From IMG/VR virus record IMGVR_UViG_3300045135_001635: 64,000 bases of DNA; one strand, given 5' to 3'. Within the stretch, counting starts at the first letter, position 1; every line of letters starts with the position of its first letter. This DNA is from a virus. This document shows, piece by piece, positions 45,665-56,613 of this stretch. Made by a program: the position numbers and the translations under genes. The notes under the pieces were generated by a model. It searched no databases. It was not told the DNA's origin and saw only the letters and a program-made list of their open reading frames with translations.

Positions 45665-47290
45665 TTACCAATCTTCGGAAGAGAAACCATCAGGTACGTC
45701 AAACGTATGCCAACCGCTATTTAAGGGGTCTGTGAGGTCTACTTGATCCGCATAACCTAAACCGTCATCTATAATACCAAATGGCGGAACATCATCTTCG
45801 ATTTCTTTCATACGTTGTTCAAATAACATTTGCTTGATATTGACGTTAGCCATATCCATAAATGATTGAGTCGTTACAAAATAACCGAACATAACTAAGT
45901 TCATCATTAAATCATCGTGGTTACCATCACTTGCTTCATACGATAAACCCTTTGAGACGAACGTAGATATTTCCATAATTGTTTCTTCATCAGAAATATC
46001 TAATTTATTATTCTCAATAATATCTTTGATTCCAGAACAACCAATACGTTTGACTCGTTTATCCATACGAATACCAATAGCATTTGCCTTTACAGCAGAT
46101 TCTAAGTGAATATTCTCATATTCTAAATCTTGATATAGACCAACACAAACCATCATACCTTGGTCATTATTTTCTACAACGACGTAAGCTTCGTTATATA
46201 AATTTGCGTACTTGTATATAACGTTTGGGTATAAGAGAGGAGATATCGTGTTGTTTCGATAACAAGCAACTTGTTTAAATGGACGAACACTAACATCAAA
46301 TATAGTGAACGTTGAGTAATCACCACCACCGCCGTGAGATACGTCAACAGTCATAATGTATTCGTGGTCTTTAATTGGCTTTTCATATATCTTCATCAAA
46401 CCACCTTCCATCGTTTGGATCGGCGGTTTTGCTCTGAGGTCTAATAGAACTTGACCTTCAATTAATGTGTTACCTGTTCCGTAAAATGTATTACCAAATT
46501 CTTGGTCAAACTGTATCTGAGATGTGTTAGCGATAGTTTGATTCTTCCATTCCTCATCACGTCCAGGAACATCCCACCAATCCACTCTGAATGGTTTATA
46601 TTCATTGATACCTTGTACAGCACCTTCCCATATCTTTTGGTAGGTATTCCCTATGCCATTCGCCGTACTTGTTATGATAACTTTTGTATCTTTACCAGAT
46701 GATACAACAGGATATGTAGAAGTATAGAATTCCGCAGCATTTTCAACGAACGCAAATTCGTCAAGAAATAGTAAGTTAACAGACATACCACGAATAGATG
46801 AACCTGAAGTCGCAGCTGCGATAATACGTGAGTTATTTGAGAATTCGATTGAACCTTTGTTAAGTGCTTTACATCCTGGCTGTAAGAAGAACGGTAAGTT
46901 TTCGAGCATTAGCGTGATACGCGCTAACATTTCCCTCGCCGTCGCACCTTTGTTAGCCAATACCGCAATCGTCTTCTCAGGATGAAATAGAGCATACCAC
47001 AATAGATAACCAACCGAAGAAATAGATTTACCAGACTGACGACAAGCCAATATAATAGAAAAGCGATTTTCTTGAAAATGATCAAACATACGTTCTTGGT
47101 ATGGATATAGATCGAAATTAACCAGTCCTCTATCAAGATGCACCACCTTAACATATGTCTTACAGAAGTATGCTGGGTCACCCATACACTTCTTGTATTC
47201 AGATAACTTTTGCGGAGTCCACTCTTCGTCAACACCATCACGTTTCACATTTGGGTTGCCGAGGTAACTATTATTTTTAGTGTAATTCAT
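45665..47290 (-). CDS. gp17: terminase large subunit
   Basis: YLGNPN, RQSGKS, LDEFAF, TSTANG, DVSHG, HDDLMM. Confidence 0.98.
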   Translation of the reverse strand: MNYTKNNSYLGNPNVKRDGVDEEWTPQKLSEYKKCMGDPAYFCKTYVKVVHLDRGLVNFDLYPYQERMFDHFQENRFSIILACRQSGKSISSVGYLLWYALFHPEKTIAVLANKGATAREMLARITLMLENLPFFLQPGCKALNKGSIEFSNNSRIIAAATSGSSIRGMSVNLLFLDEFAFVENAAEFYTSTYPVVSSGKDTKVIITSTANGIGNTYQKIWEGAVQGINEYKPFRVDWWDVPGRDEEWKNQTIANTSQIQFDQEFGNTFYGTGNTLIEGQVLLDLRAKPPIQTMEGGLMKIYEKPIKDHEYIMTVDVSHGGGGDYSTFTIFDVSVRPFKQVACYRNNTISPLLYPNVIYKYANLYNEAYVVVENNDQGMMVCVGLYQDLEYENIHLESAVKANAIGIRMDKRVKRIGCSGIKDIIENNKLDISDEETIMEISTFVSKGLSYEASDGNHDDLMMNLVMFGYFVTTQSFMDMANVNIKQMLFEQRMKEIEDDVPPFGIIDDGLGYADQVDLTDPLNSGWHTFDVPDGFSSEDW

Positions 47291-47840
47291 AAATCCAAAT
47301 TTGTAGACTTTTTCTGATAGGTGCGCTATCGGTTATTGAAGTAACACCGTGATGCACACCACCTCGTTGAATTAAACCTCTATTCCTTTTCGGTAAAATA
47401 GAAGTATAAAGTCCATCATCCTCTTCATTCATAGTGAACGAGAAAAGACCGCCATAGTCTCTATTCCATCCCTCTGTTAAATATATAGAAATTGCTGCTT
47501 TGTAATTTCCATCAGTATGCCAATTAATTCCAGCCTTTCCTTCGCCTTGGTATAATTGTATACAATAATCAGCTATATCAACCCCGAATGCTTCGTTACA
47601 ACGAGGGATAATTAATTCGTAGAGTTCGGGGTCAAGTGAATAATCAGTTCTCGTTACTCTAATGTCCCCAGATATCCCTTCGATTAGTCTTTTATCCCAA
47701 CCAACACTATTACTTGCGGATTGTTCGCCTAATTCATTTTCACAATAGTCATCTAAGAATTGTAATTCATCCTTAGAAAACATCTCATCAACGACGTGGA
47801 GAGATTTATTATTTGTCGCTGTCTTTAGAAGCGTCTTCAT
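47277..47840 (-). CDS. Fe(II)/2OG prolyl-hydroxylase-like oxygenase
   Basis: INWHTD, SIYL..W...YGG, HHGVT, RKSLQIW. Confidence 0.85.
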   Translation of the reverse strand: MKTLLKTATNNKSLHVVDEMFSKDELQFLDDYCENELGEQSASNSVGWDKRLIEGISGDIRVTRTDYSLDPELYELIIPRCNEAFGVDIADYCIQLYQGEGKAGINWHTDGNYKAAISIYLTEGWNRDYGGLFSFTMNEEDDGLYTSILPKRNRGLIQRGGVHHGVTSITDSAPIRKSLQIWIYELH

Positions 47841-48210
47841 TAATCACCTTTTCATTTTCCAATAGCATTCTTTGTAGATCGGTTGTAGACCCAAGAAATA
47901 GATTATTATTGGTGACAGCGTTAGATTCTTTTGCTGGTTCGTCAGTCTTTTGAATCTCTTTATATTTTTTATTGAGATCCATTAACGAACCATTAACGTC
48001 AGCGATACCTTTGATCATACCAGAAAGTACTTCAAAGGCACGCGGGTGTTCACTCTCGCGAGCAACTTCAATCATTAATTCAAGAGACTCTCGTCCCTTT
48101 TCAATTAAATCGTAGTAAGTCTCGCGAGAATATTCATAGTCTTGTTCGTGAACAAAATTACGTTTTTCTTTTTCGTTAATCGAAATTAAATTTTTATTCG
48201 AATCGCTCAT
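47809..48210 (-). CDS. gp16: terminase small subunit
   Basis: DYEYSR, SEHPRAFEV, NNNLFLGSTTDLQ. Confidence 0.95.
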   Translation of the reverse strand: MSDSNKNLISINEKEKRNFVHEQDYEYSRETYYDLIEKGRESLELMIEVARESEHPRAFEVLSGMIKGIADVNGSLMDLNKKYKEIQKTDEPAKESNAVTNNNLFLGSTTDLQRMLLENEKVINEDASKDSDK

Positions 48211-48964
48211 CGTTTATCTCAATATTAAAACCATAGTCGCTGTCAGGACTCACACCAATTGGGTCTGGCGTAATATTTATATTATGGATAAAAGAGTCGC
48301 TTTCTTCGTCTATAGTGAATAAATTAGTATTAACTTCTCGAATAATAGAACCTTCATATTCTGGTCCATAGAAGTTCATTTTCATTTCAAAGTCGAGTGT
48401 GTAAATGATTGTACGTCTTTGTTCAATTGGTCCTTCAAAATCATCTTGGAAGTTCACGCCAGTTAAAATAATAGGAGTATCTTCTCTATGTTCAGGATGA
48501 TCTGAAAACGGCTTTACAGAAAGCGTATGCTGAGGAGCAAAGTATGGTAAGATTTGCTCAACTACTTGTAGAGCGTCATCTTGAGTTTTAGCGTATACAT
48601 TGAGTTGAAACGCCATCGTATAGGGGGTTCCCGTATACAGAGTGCGCTTATTATCGTCACCGCTGGACAATGTGAACCTATTCATTTTAGGGAGCTGTCG
48701 TTGTGCGTCGTAAAACATACTGACTATTTCAAACGACATCCGAGGTAGCTTAACAGCAACGCGACGTTCAGCTTCTTCACCGTTAGTCATTTGCTCAAGA
48801 CGTTCTATAAAGTCTCGCTTCGGAGCATATGATAGAGGTACTTTGACTTGAGATAAAACTTCACCACTTGCTTTTGTTCTTAAAACGTGTAAGTCATCAA
48901 ACAAAGAACCAAATACCGCAACAGCAGTACGAACGTGCTTGTTATAAAAATAATTTCCCATCAT
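48194..48964 (-). CDS. gp15: tail sheath stabilizer
   Basis: FGSLF, KVPLSYAPK, LPRMSFE, QVVEQILPYF. Confidence 0.95.
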   Translation of the reverse strand: MMGNYFYNKHVRTAVAVFGSLFDDLHVLRTKASGEVLSQVKVPLSYAPKRDFIERLEQMTNGEEAERRVAVKLPRMSFEIVSMFYDAQRQLPKMNRFTLSSGDDNKRTLYTGTPYTMAFQLNVYAKTQDDALQVVEQILPYFAPQHTLSVKPFSDHPEHREDTPIILTGVNFQDDFEGPIEQRRTIIYTLDFEMKMNFYGPEYEGSIIREVNTNLFTIDEESDSFIHNINITPDPIGVSPDSDYGFNIEINDERFE

Positions 48965-49848
48965 TAGCTTATATCTCCGAATGGATTACCTTCAGAAAAG
49001 TCCAAGAAGTCATCCGCAAAATTATCAAACACTTTATCTTGAGATAGTGGTTGAATTTCATTCACGCCATCGTCAACTGAGATAGGCATAAAGCGAGCGC
49101 CTGATTCCGATACGATTTCTCTATCAGTCGTCCAGAAGTGTAAGTTACCATCATCAGCACCAGTATGTGCGATTTTAAGAATACGAGTCTCGCTATTCCA
49201 AGCAGTAACCTCACCTTCAAGTTCAAAGTCGTCGAACGTTTGATAGACATATTCACCAGTCTGATAGAAACCGCCTTGGTCAGAATCTGGTTCAGCCATT
49301 TGAACGTGATACTGATAAGCGTGTTCTTCTTCAACAACATCAATCGCATCAATACCTGTATCAAAGTCTTCATCCGAGAACTCAAACAATTCACACTGCA
49401 TACGGAATAAAGGTAACTGACTCAATTGATAGAACGGAGATTCAGTTTCTACTTTCTTAACTTCAAATAAAGATTCTGATAGTGGTAAAAATATGACGTC
49501 ACCTTCACGTGGGCGAAATTGTTTCTCGTCTAAACGGTCGCCAATTAAATCTCTCCAACGACGACGAGCCACAACGAACGTAGCTTGGTCACGTAACTCA
49601 ATACCAAACTTAGTGAACAGGTCACCTTCTCCGTCGAAGCCTTCGGTGTTTTCAATATAAACTTCTACTTTATAAGCGTCAGAGAATTGAGATTGAATTG
49701 CGTCTAAGAATATTTCTTCACGCTCGATAATTTCACGTGGAAGATAATATACGTCTTGTCCGTAAAACTTTATAGATTCGACGATCAAGTCTTCATAAAG
49801 AGCTTGCTCAGAACGAACCTTTTGGCTCATATAAGGATTAGTCGCCAT
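48964..49848 (-). CDS. gp14: neck protein
   Basis: EQ.LYEDL..ESI..YGQDVYYLPR, RPREGD.IF.P, DFSEGNPFG. Confidence 0.95.
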   Translation of the reverse strand: MATNPYMSQKVRSEQALYEDLIVESIKFYGQDVYYLPREIIEREEIFLDAIQSQFSDAYKVEVYIENTEGFDGEGDLFTKFGIELRDQATFVVARRRWRDLIGDRLDEKQFRPREGDVIFLPLSESLFEVKKVETESPFYQLSQLPLFRMQCELFEFSDEDFDTGIDAIDVVEEEHAYQYHVQMAEPDSDQGGFYQTGEYVYQTFDDFELEGEVTAWNSETRILKIAHTGADDGNLHFWTTDREIVSESGARFMPISVDDGVNEIQPLSQDKVFDNFADDFLDFSEGNPFGDIS

Positions 49849-49851
49849 ATT

Positions 49852-50622
49852 CTACCCCATAAAGAAGATCGGACCTTCATCCTCTTCTTCTCTAAATTTT
49901 TCCATAATCTTTTCAATATCTTGTAGCGCATCTTCATATATTTGACGAGCATTAACCGTCACACCGCCAGGAAGAGTCATACCGTCAAACTTGATCATAT
50001 TAAGACCCCATTGACGTTTAATAAGTGCGGTGGTATAAGCTTTTAAGAACTTGTGATTCCATAGACAGTTGTACGTAATAAGACTGTCATCTGGTCTACG
50101 AATTCCATATACTTCAAATACTACGAAGTCGCCTTCTTGTAGTCTTGATTTGGAAACGTGTAGGTTGATACGATTGTATTGACGGTCAAATGTCACTTGA
50201 GGTTGACCAGCAAGTTTCATATCAAGTAACGATAACTGTTGCTGCATCTGTTCATAGTGAGCGAGGTCGCCGAGGATACCGTGTCCGCTCGTGAAGTCAG
50301 TAATAGTATACTTCATAAATTGCCAAGCATCAGAGAACCAACCTGTCTTTGTCGTACTTACCGTCATCGGCAACATACGAACTACAGCATTCAGATCCAT
50401 ATCAGGATCGAACTGTACAAATTGATTATCAATATCTTCTTGAGTCAATTGATGTTTGACATAATAACGACGCGTTCCGTCAGGATGATGTTCGCGGAAC
50501 CACTGTAGCGCTTCGTCGATACGATCTTCTAATTGTTCGTCGTCAACATTAATCTCGACCACAGGATAACCTAATGCTCGGAGACAATATTCGATTAATT
50601 CTTCTCGGTTAGTTACGTACAT
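49852..50622 (-). CDS. gp13: neck protein
   Basis: YCLRALG.PVVEINV, ALIKRQWG.N..KF.G..LPGGV; late promoter at 50650-50657. Confidence 0.95.
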   Translation of the reverse strand: MYVTNREELIEYCLRALGYPVVEINVDDEQLEDRIDEALQWFREHHPDGTRRYYVKHQLTQEDIDNQFVQFDPDMDLNAVVRMLPMTVSTTKTGWFSDAWQFMKYTITDFTSGHGILGDLAHYEQMQQQLSLLDMKLAGQPQVTFDRQYNRINLHVSKSRLQEGDFVVFEVYGIRRPDDSLITYNCLWNHKFLKAYTTALIKRQWGLNMIKFDGMTLPGGVTVNARQIYEDALQDIEKIMEKFREEEDEGPIFFMG

Positions 50623-50670
50623 TTTACTCTTCCAATTGTATAGTGTTACTATTTATACATTTTTAAAATA

Positions 50671-50695
50671 AAAAAAGGGAGACCGAAGTCTCCCC
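50671..50695 (-). terminator. intrinsic terminator, UUCG loop
   Basis: GGGAGAC-TTCG-GTCTCCC followed by T-tract. Confidence 0.85.
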
Positions 50696-50718
50696 TTGTA
50701 TTTTTAGTAAGAACTAAA

Positions 50719-53700
50719 TTAGTTTACTAACTGACCGTCAACGCGATATACGTTGATACGGTAATGACTTGGATCGTTTCCGCCCAAGTTATCAGCATCG
50801 TGAGTAACTAACTGAGCACGAACTTCAGATTCATCAATCTCGATTACACCAGTTACTGGAGAATATGTGATACATAAACCACCAGAAAGATCTGATTTGA
50901 TTTGACCAGGAAGATCGATAAGACCTTGCTCGACAGTATTCATTTCAGATTCTAACGTACCGATACGACCGCCGTGATCTACTAAAGTACCTTCAGCAGT
51001 ATTCAGACGACCACCAGCATTGATAGCTTGTAAGCCAGAAACGTCAGCTTGAAGCGTATCAATATCAGCAGCATTCGAGCTAACTAAACCAGTCAACGTA
51101 CCATCAGCGCCTTGGAACGCAGTAACGATTTCTGCTAATGAGTTAAGAGCAGTTTCGTCTGTGTTAGACAAGAGGTTGTTGATTTGATTTTGTAGCCCAC
51201 CTTCAACACCAGTAGCACGTAATGTCTCAGCTTCGATCTTAGCGTTTAGGTCTGAATCAGCACCAATCCACTCAAGACGATCTGAATCTAAACGACTTTC
51301 GACCGTATCCATCTCATCTTCGAGAGTAGTTACACGCGCATCCAATGCTGAATCAGCGCCAATCCACTCAAGACGATCTGAATCTAAACGATCGCTTAGT
51401 GAAACGTCTTCAGCTTCGAGAGCTGTTACGCGTACATCTAAGTCTGAATCTGCAGCTTTCAATTCTGGAATCTGAATATTCGTGATCGGAGCAGCAATAC
51501 CGTCTGTATAAGAATTAGAAGATGTAACACCTTGCGCAACTTTAGTATCAGTATACGCTTTAGCAGCTTCCAATGTATCGCTATCACCAGATTCGATTGG
51601 AAGTGCTTGTACAGAACCCTGTAAGCTATCCAATTGACTTTGTAGTGAAGCATCACCAGTGTTAGCGTGAGCCTTCGCAGAAGCCAATGTAACTGAATCA
51701 CCAGCAATACGAGCATCTACTTCAGCGTCGATAAGACCTATTACTAATGCGTGTTTAGAAGATAAATCAACATTGATGTTACCGATCTCCGAAACACGTT
51801 GACTCATCGCAAGTTCAAGATCATCAATATCTTGTTCAGCTGCGGTAAGACGTGAAGTGTTAGCGTCAATTAGATCTTGTAAATTACCATCAACGCCTTG
51901 GAAGGCATCAACTACTTCTTTCAAAGAATCTAAATCTACAGTAGAACCATCTAAGATAGCATCAACACGCGAATCAACAGCTTGGATGGCATCGTTCAAT
52001 GCGCTATCGCCAGTACCGAAATCAGTACGCGCAGAAGCTAGACCAGAGGTCAATGAATTGATTGCAGACTGCAACTGTTGATCAGCAGTGCTACGATCAG
52101 ATACTTCCTGAGCAATCGCATCAGCGTTTGCTTGGATAGCTGTATCTTGAGTAGCGTCTTTCGCTTGACCTGAAGCTTCGATAGCATCAGCATACGCTTT
52201 TGCAGAAGCAAGAGTCGCAGAGTCACCAGCTACAAGAGCGTCATTCAACGCACTGTCACCAGCACTATAACCTTGTTCAACTGTCGCTTTATGTGCATCA
52301 GCGTGTGCCTTCGCAGCAGCAAGTGTTACTGCGTCTTGTGCGTCAGCGTGCGCCTTTGCAGCAGCAAGTGTATCGCTGTCACCAGATTCGATTGGAAGTG
52401 AAGCGACATCCCCACTCAACGCATCGATTTGGTTTTGTAATGAAGTATCAGCATTTGCGCGAGCAACTGCTTCAGCATCAATGTTATCTTGTAACACACC
52501 ATCAGCAGCGATACGAGCAGATTCTTCAGCCGTTAATCCAGAAGCATTATTGGTGATAAGAGATTGAATGTCACTATCAGCATTCTCAAACGCAGATACA
52601 ATTTCTACGATTGTGTCTAGAGACTCGCCAGCACCATTTAAGATTGCGTCAACACGTCCACTTACAGTATCGATGTTATCTTGCAACACGCCATCAGCAG
52701 CAATACGATCAGTTACTTCGTTAGAAATAGCTAATGCATTTGCGTCAATATCCACTCGATGATCTGAATCGTTTGACTTAGAAACAATCATATCAGATTC
52801 TAGAACAGACAAACGAGAGTTATGGTCTGAATCGACAACAACACGTTCTTGACGATCTGAATCTAAACGACTACTTAATGCATTATCACCTGCAATGCGG
52901 TCGCTAATCTCTTGAGTCAACGCATCATTTAACGCAGAGTCACCAGCAGAGTACTCGGTTTGAACATTATTAATCTGTGTCTGTAACGCGTCATCGCCTG
53001 CAATGCGGTCGCTAATCTCTTGAGTCAACGCATCATTTAACGCAGAGTCACCAGCAATACGAGCATTTATCTCAACGTCTATTTTAGCATCAAGAACAGA
53101 ATCACCCGCATCAGCATGTGCTTTCGCTGCAGCAAGTGTATCACTATCGCCACTAACAATCTCTTGTTGACGAGTAGTATTAGCAGATTCTAATACAGAT
53201 AAACGTGAACTATTGTCAGTAATTACTGTTTGTAAGTTACCATCAGCACCTTCAAATGCAGTGACAATTTCTTGAAGTGTATCAAGAGTCTCAGGTGAAG
53301 TACCAATAATAGCATCAACTCTTCCGCTTACCACATCAATGTTAGACTGTAATGCGCTATCAGCTAATTGACGAGATTGTGTTTCAGATGTAAGGTCAGA
53401 TCTTAAAGTAGACTCAACACCTTCAGCACGAGATTTTTCTGTTAAGATCGCTTGTGCGTTATCAGAAATCAATACGCCTTGAGCAGAATCAACAGCAGAA
53501 AGTACAGCTTCACGACCGTCTGTGTAATCCTTAGCAGATTGCAGAGTCGCAGCGTCACCAGATACAAGAGCGTCATTCAACGCACTGTCGCCAGATGAGA
53601 TTTCTTGTTGCAAAGAAACTTCTTTACTGTCAGAGTATGCTTTAGCAGATACTAATGTAGCTGCATCTTGTGTATCAGCATATGCCTTAGCAGCAGCTAA

Positions 53701-56559
53701 TGTAGCACTGTCGCCAGATTCGATTGGAAGTGCTTGTACACTACCCTCTAATACATTGATCTGATTCTGTAAATCAGTATCGGCGTTAGAACGAGCTTGA
53801 ATTTCAGCATCAATCTTATCGTCTAAGTCACTGTCGCCAGAAGATGCTTCATCTTTCGCTTGTTGTAGACCACCCTCAAGAGAACTTATGCGTGCTTCGT
53901 TAGAAGATACGTCATTAGATACTTGAGTTATAGCTGAAGAGTTCGCACTAACAGCGCCAGTCAACGTACCGTCGGCTTCTTGGAAAGCAGTAACGATTTC
54001 TGATAAAGAATTAAGAGCATCTGAATCAGTGTTAGCTAAGATGTTGTCGATTTGACCTTGTAATACTAAATCTTTAGCGTCAGCGTGAGCCTTCGCGGCA
54101 GCAAGTACATCGCTATCTTTATCGTCAATCGGTAGGTTCGTTACAGTTTGACTCAACGTGTTCAATTGATTCTGTAAATCAGTATCAGCGTTCGCACGCG
54201 TAACTGCTTCAGCATCAATCTTATCGTCTAAGTCGCTGTCACCAGCAATACGAGCAGCAACTTCAACAGATAATGCGCTGTTTAATGCGTCGTCACCAGT
54301 ACCAATTTCTTGACGGATAGTTACAAGAGAATTGTCGATCTTAGTATCAAGTACTACGTCGCCAGCGTCAGCGTGAGCTTTCGCAGCAGCTAATGTATCA
54401 CTATCGCCTGATTCGATTGGAAGCGCTTGTACAGTATCTTCTAAGCTTCCTAATTGACCTTGTAATACTAAGTCACCAGCGTCAGCGTGAGCTTTCGCAG
54501 CAGCTAATGTAGCACTATCGCCAGCAGGGAAGTCAATCGCGAACTGAGCATCAGCAGCTTCTAAAGCAGCTAAACGGTGATCGTGTACGGCATCAGCAAC
54601 AGTAGAACGAACTATTTCGTCAGCTAAGTCTTGCTCATCGTCACCAACACGACCAGTTAAGGTAGTTAATGAACCGCTTAAAGAAGCCACGTTAATTTCT
54701 AATGTGTCAACGTCAGCTTCAGCGTTAGTTAAACGAGTTCCGTGGTCGGTTACGATACCTTGGATACCAGCATCGGCATCACCAAACGCAGCTACAATTT
54801 CTTGTAATGTGTCTAAGTGCTCAGGAGAAGTTCCTAAGATTGCTTCAACTTTAGCGTCAACTTCACCGATTGAAACGCTTAAATCGCTATCAGCAGACTT
54901 ATAGTCTTGCTCAACGCCGTCTAAATCGCCAGTTAATCCATCAATAGCAGACTGTAATTGCTCATCAGCTTCTGAACGAGCAGTTGCTTCATCAGCAATC
55001 GCTTGAGCGTTAGCAGCAATTAAAACACCTTGATCACTATCTACGCCAGATAATACTAATTCTTTACCGTCAGCGTAATCTTTAGCAGAAGCCAATGTAT
55101 CAGAATCACCAGAAACAATATCAGCAGCGTTTTTAGCGATAGCAACATCTTGAGCGTCATCTCTATCGTTAATTAAACCGATATCAATTTGTAAAGATGA
55201 TTCTTTACCGTCAGCGTAATCTTTAGCAGATTGTAACGTAGCAGAATCGCCAGATACGATATCCGCAGCATTTTTCGCTACAGCTACACCCAAGTCACTA
55301 TCAGCAGACATACGAGCAGCTTCTTCTGCGTCAATAGCAGATTGAAGAACCGCATCACCAGCAATACGAGCAGCTTTTTCAGCAGAATCAGCGCCTTGTA
55401 ATGCTTCGTCGATTGGACCAACGATTGCGTTTACACGCTCGTCTGTAAAGTACTTGTTAGAACCTTCAGCAAGATCGTCTGTAGAAAGAGCGATTTTAGT
55501 CCAAGAAGAACCGTCATACATTTCCCAATGATCGTTTGCTTCATTCCAACGAATCTGAGCAGCATTTTGATCGCCACGTAAAACACGGATACCGCCATTC
55601 TCAGATGGAGCACCAGAAATTACGTTAGAGTTCAAGTCAATGATGTTATCTGCTAATGAGATAGTTTCACTGTTAACTGTAGTTACAGTACCTTGAACAG
55701 TCAAGTTACCGCCAACAGTTACGTCGTCATTGAATACTTTGTCGCCCGAATGAGGATTGTTAACTAAACCGTCTACATAACCTTTGTTAGCAGCTTCGCC
55801 GTCAGTTTGTGGAATCGCTACACCGAAGATACAGTTACCTGACATCTCAATGTCGCCACCAAATTCTGTAGCATTACCGCCAGAAGTTGAGATAGTTTTG
55901 CCAGGAAGCATAACCATATCAGACTTAAAGTCGATAGTTGCGTCGCCAGCATTAAAGTCGATGTTACCACCGCCTGAAGTACCAAATGATAATACCTGAC
56001 CTGGATCAGCGTACATCGTAATCGTACCGTTGTTATCTTCTAAGATTTTAGTACCGTTAATATACAATGATCCAGGACCAATGTAAACGTCACGCCATAC
56101 TTTATCAGGAGAACCTAATGAGTATGTGTTATCAACTGAAGGAACAATATCTTGTGAGATAGAAGAACCGTCAAAAGAAACTTCGTTTCCTGAGACTGAG
56201 ATACCTTCTCCGCCAGTTAAGTCTAGTGACATTTCACCAGTTAGATCATCATATGAAACACCTGTTCCGCCAACGAAAGATCCACGAGCACGTTGCTCAG
56301 TGAAATATAAGTTAGCGCCTTCGCTTACGTCAGTTGTAGAGAAAGAAGAGATGTCAGTAACGCTTTGAGCCGTAAGAGCATCAAATGCTGATACGTTTAG
56401 CGCGTCGACAAAACTTTTATCTACAGTAGCAGTAATCGCTGGCTGTACAGATGAAGCAACAACAGTACCGTCGTTATTGATTACAGTTTGGTTATTAAAG
56501 GACAATTCGCCTTCAATATTCGCACCATTCTGAATTCTAAACTTTTTATTAGTTGCCAT
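50719..56559 (-). CDS. giant coiled-coil fibre (1946 aa), Asp-Ser rich
   Basis: N-terminal fibre modules (EG.NLYFT..R, AANKGYVD), ~1500 aa of heptad/hendecad repeats, SPETLDTLQEI modules; wac position. Confidence 0.8.
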   Translation of the reverse strand: MATNKKFRIQNGANIEGELSFNNQTVINNDGTVVASSVQPAITATVDKSFVDALNVSAFDALTAQSVTDISSFSTTDVSEGANLYFTEQRARGSFVGGTGVSYDDLTGEMSLDLTGGEGISVSGNEVSFDGSSISQDIVPSVDNTYSLGSPDKVWRDVYIGPGSLYINGTKILEDNNGTITMYADPGQVLSFGTSGGGNIDFNAGDATIDFKSDMVMLPGKTISTSGGNATEFGGDIEMSGNCIFGVAIPQTDGEAANKGYVDGLVNNPHSGDKVFNDDVTVGGNLTVQGTVTTVNSETISLADNIIDLNSNVISGAPSENGGIRVLRGDQNAAQIRWNEANDHWEMYDGSSWTKIALSTDDLAEGSNKYFTDERVNAIVGPIDEALQGADSAEKAARIAGDAVLQSAIDAEEAARMSADSDLGVAVAKNAADIVSGDSATLQSAKDYADGKESSLQIDIGLINDRDDAQDVAIAKNAADIVSGDSDTLASAKDYADGKELVLSGVDSDQGVLIAANAQAIADEATARSEADEQLQSAIDGLTGDLDGVEQDYKSADSDLSVSIGEVDAKVEAILGTSPEHLDTLQEIVAAFGDADAGIQGIVTDHGTRLTNAEADVDTLEINVASLSGSLTTLTGRVGDDEQDLADEIVRSTVADAVHDHRLAALEAADAQFAIDFPAGDSATLAAAKAHADAGDLVLQGQLGSLEDTVQALPIESGDSDTLAAAKAHADAGDVVLDTKIDNSLVTIRQEIGTGDDALNSALSVEVAARIAGDSDLDDKIDAEAVTRANADTDLQNQLNTLSQTVTNLPIDDKDSDVLAAAKAHADAKDLVLQGQIDNILANTDSDALNSLSEIVTAFQEADGTLTGAVSANSSAITQVSNDVSSNEARISSLEGGLQQAKDEASSGDSDLDDKIDAEIQARSNADTDLQNQINVLEGSVQALPIESGDSATLAAAKAYADTQDAATLVSAKAYSDSKEVSLQQEISSGDSALNDALVSGDAATLQSAKDYTDGREAVLSAVDSAQGVLISDNAQAILTEKSRAEGVESTLRSDLTSETQSRQLADSALQSNIDVVSGRVDAIIGTSPETLDTLQEIVTAFEGADGNLQTVITDNSSRLSVLESANTTRQQEIVSGDSDTLAAAKAHADAGDSVLDAKIDVEINARIAGDSALNDALTQEISDRIAGDDALQTQINNVQTEYSAGDSALNDALTQEISDRIAGDNALSSRLDSDRQERVVVDSDHNSRLSVLESDMIVSKSNDSDHRVDIDANALAISNEVTDRIAADGVLQDNIDTVSGRVDAILNGAGESLDTIVEIVSAFENADSDIQSLITNNASGLTAEESARIAADGVLQDNIDAEAVARANADTSLQNQIDALSGDVASLPIESGDSDTLAAAKAHADAQDAVTLAAAKAHADAHKATVEQGYSAGDSALNDALVAGDSATLASAKAYADAIEASGQAKDATQDTAIQANADAIAQEVSDRSTADQQLQSAINSLTSGLASARTDFGTGDSALNDAIQAVDSRVDAILDGSTVDLDSLKEVVDAFQGVDGNLQDLIDANTSRLTAAEQDIDDLELAMSQRVSEIGNINVDLSSKHALVIGLIDAEVDARIAGDSVTLASAKAHANTGDASLQSQLDSLQGSVQALPIESGDSDTLEAAKAYTDTKVAQGVTSSNSYTDGIAAPITNIQIPELKAADSDLDVRVTALEAEDVSLSDRLDSDRLEWIGADSALDARVTTLEDEMDTVESRLDSDRLEWIGADSDLNAKIEAETLRATGVEGGLQNQINNLLSNTDETALNSLAEIVTAFQGADGTLTGLVSSNAADIDTLQADVSGLQAINAGGRLNTAEGTLVDHGGRIGTLESEMNTVEQGLIDLPGQIKSDLSGGLCITYSPVTGVIEIDESEVRAQLVTHDADNLGGNDPSHYRINVYRVDGQLVN
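52889..53056. repeat. exact 60-bp direct repeat, 108-bp period, inside the fibre gene
   Basis: 52889-52948 equals 52997-53056 (AGDSALNDALTQEISDRIAG). Confidence 0.85.
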
Positions 56560-56613
56560 ATGTTTTTTACCCTTATTTTTAAAACACTTATGAGTTTAAT
56601 CTATTTATTATAT

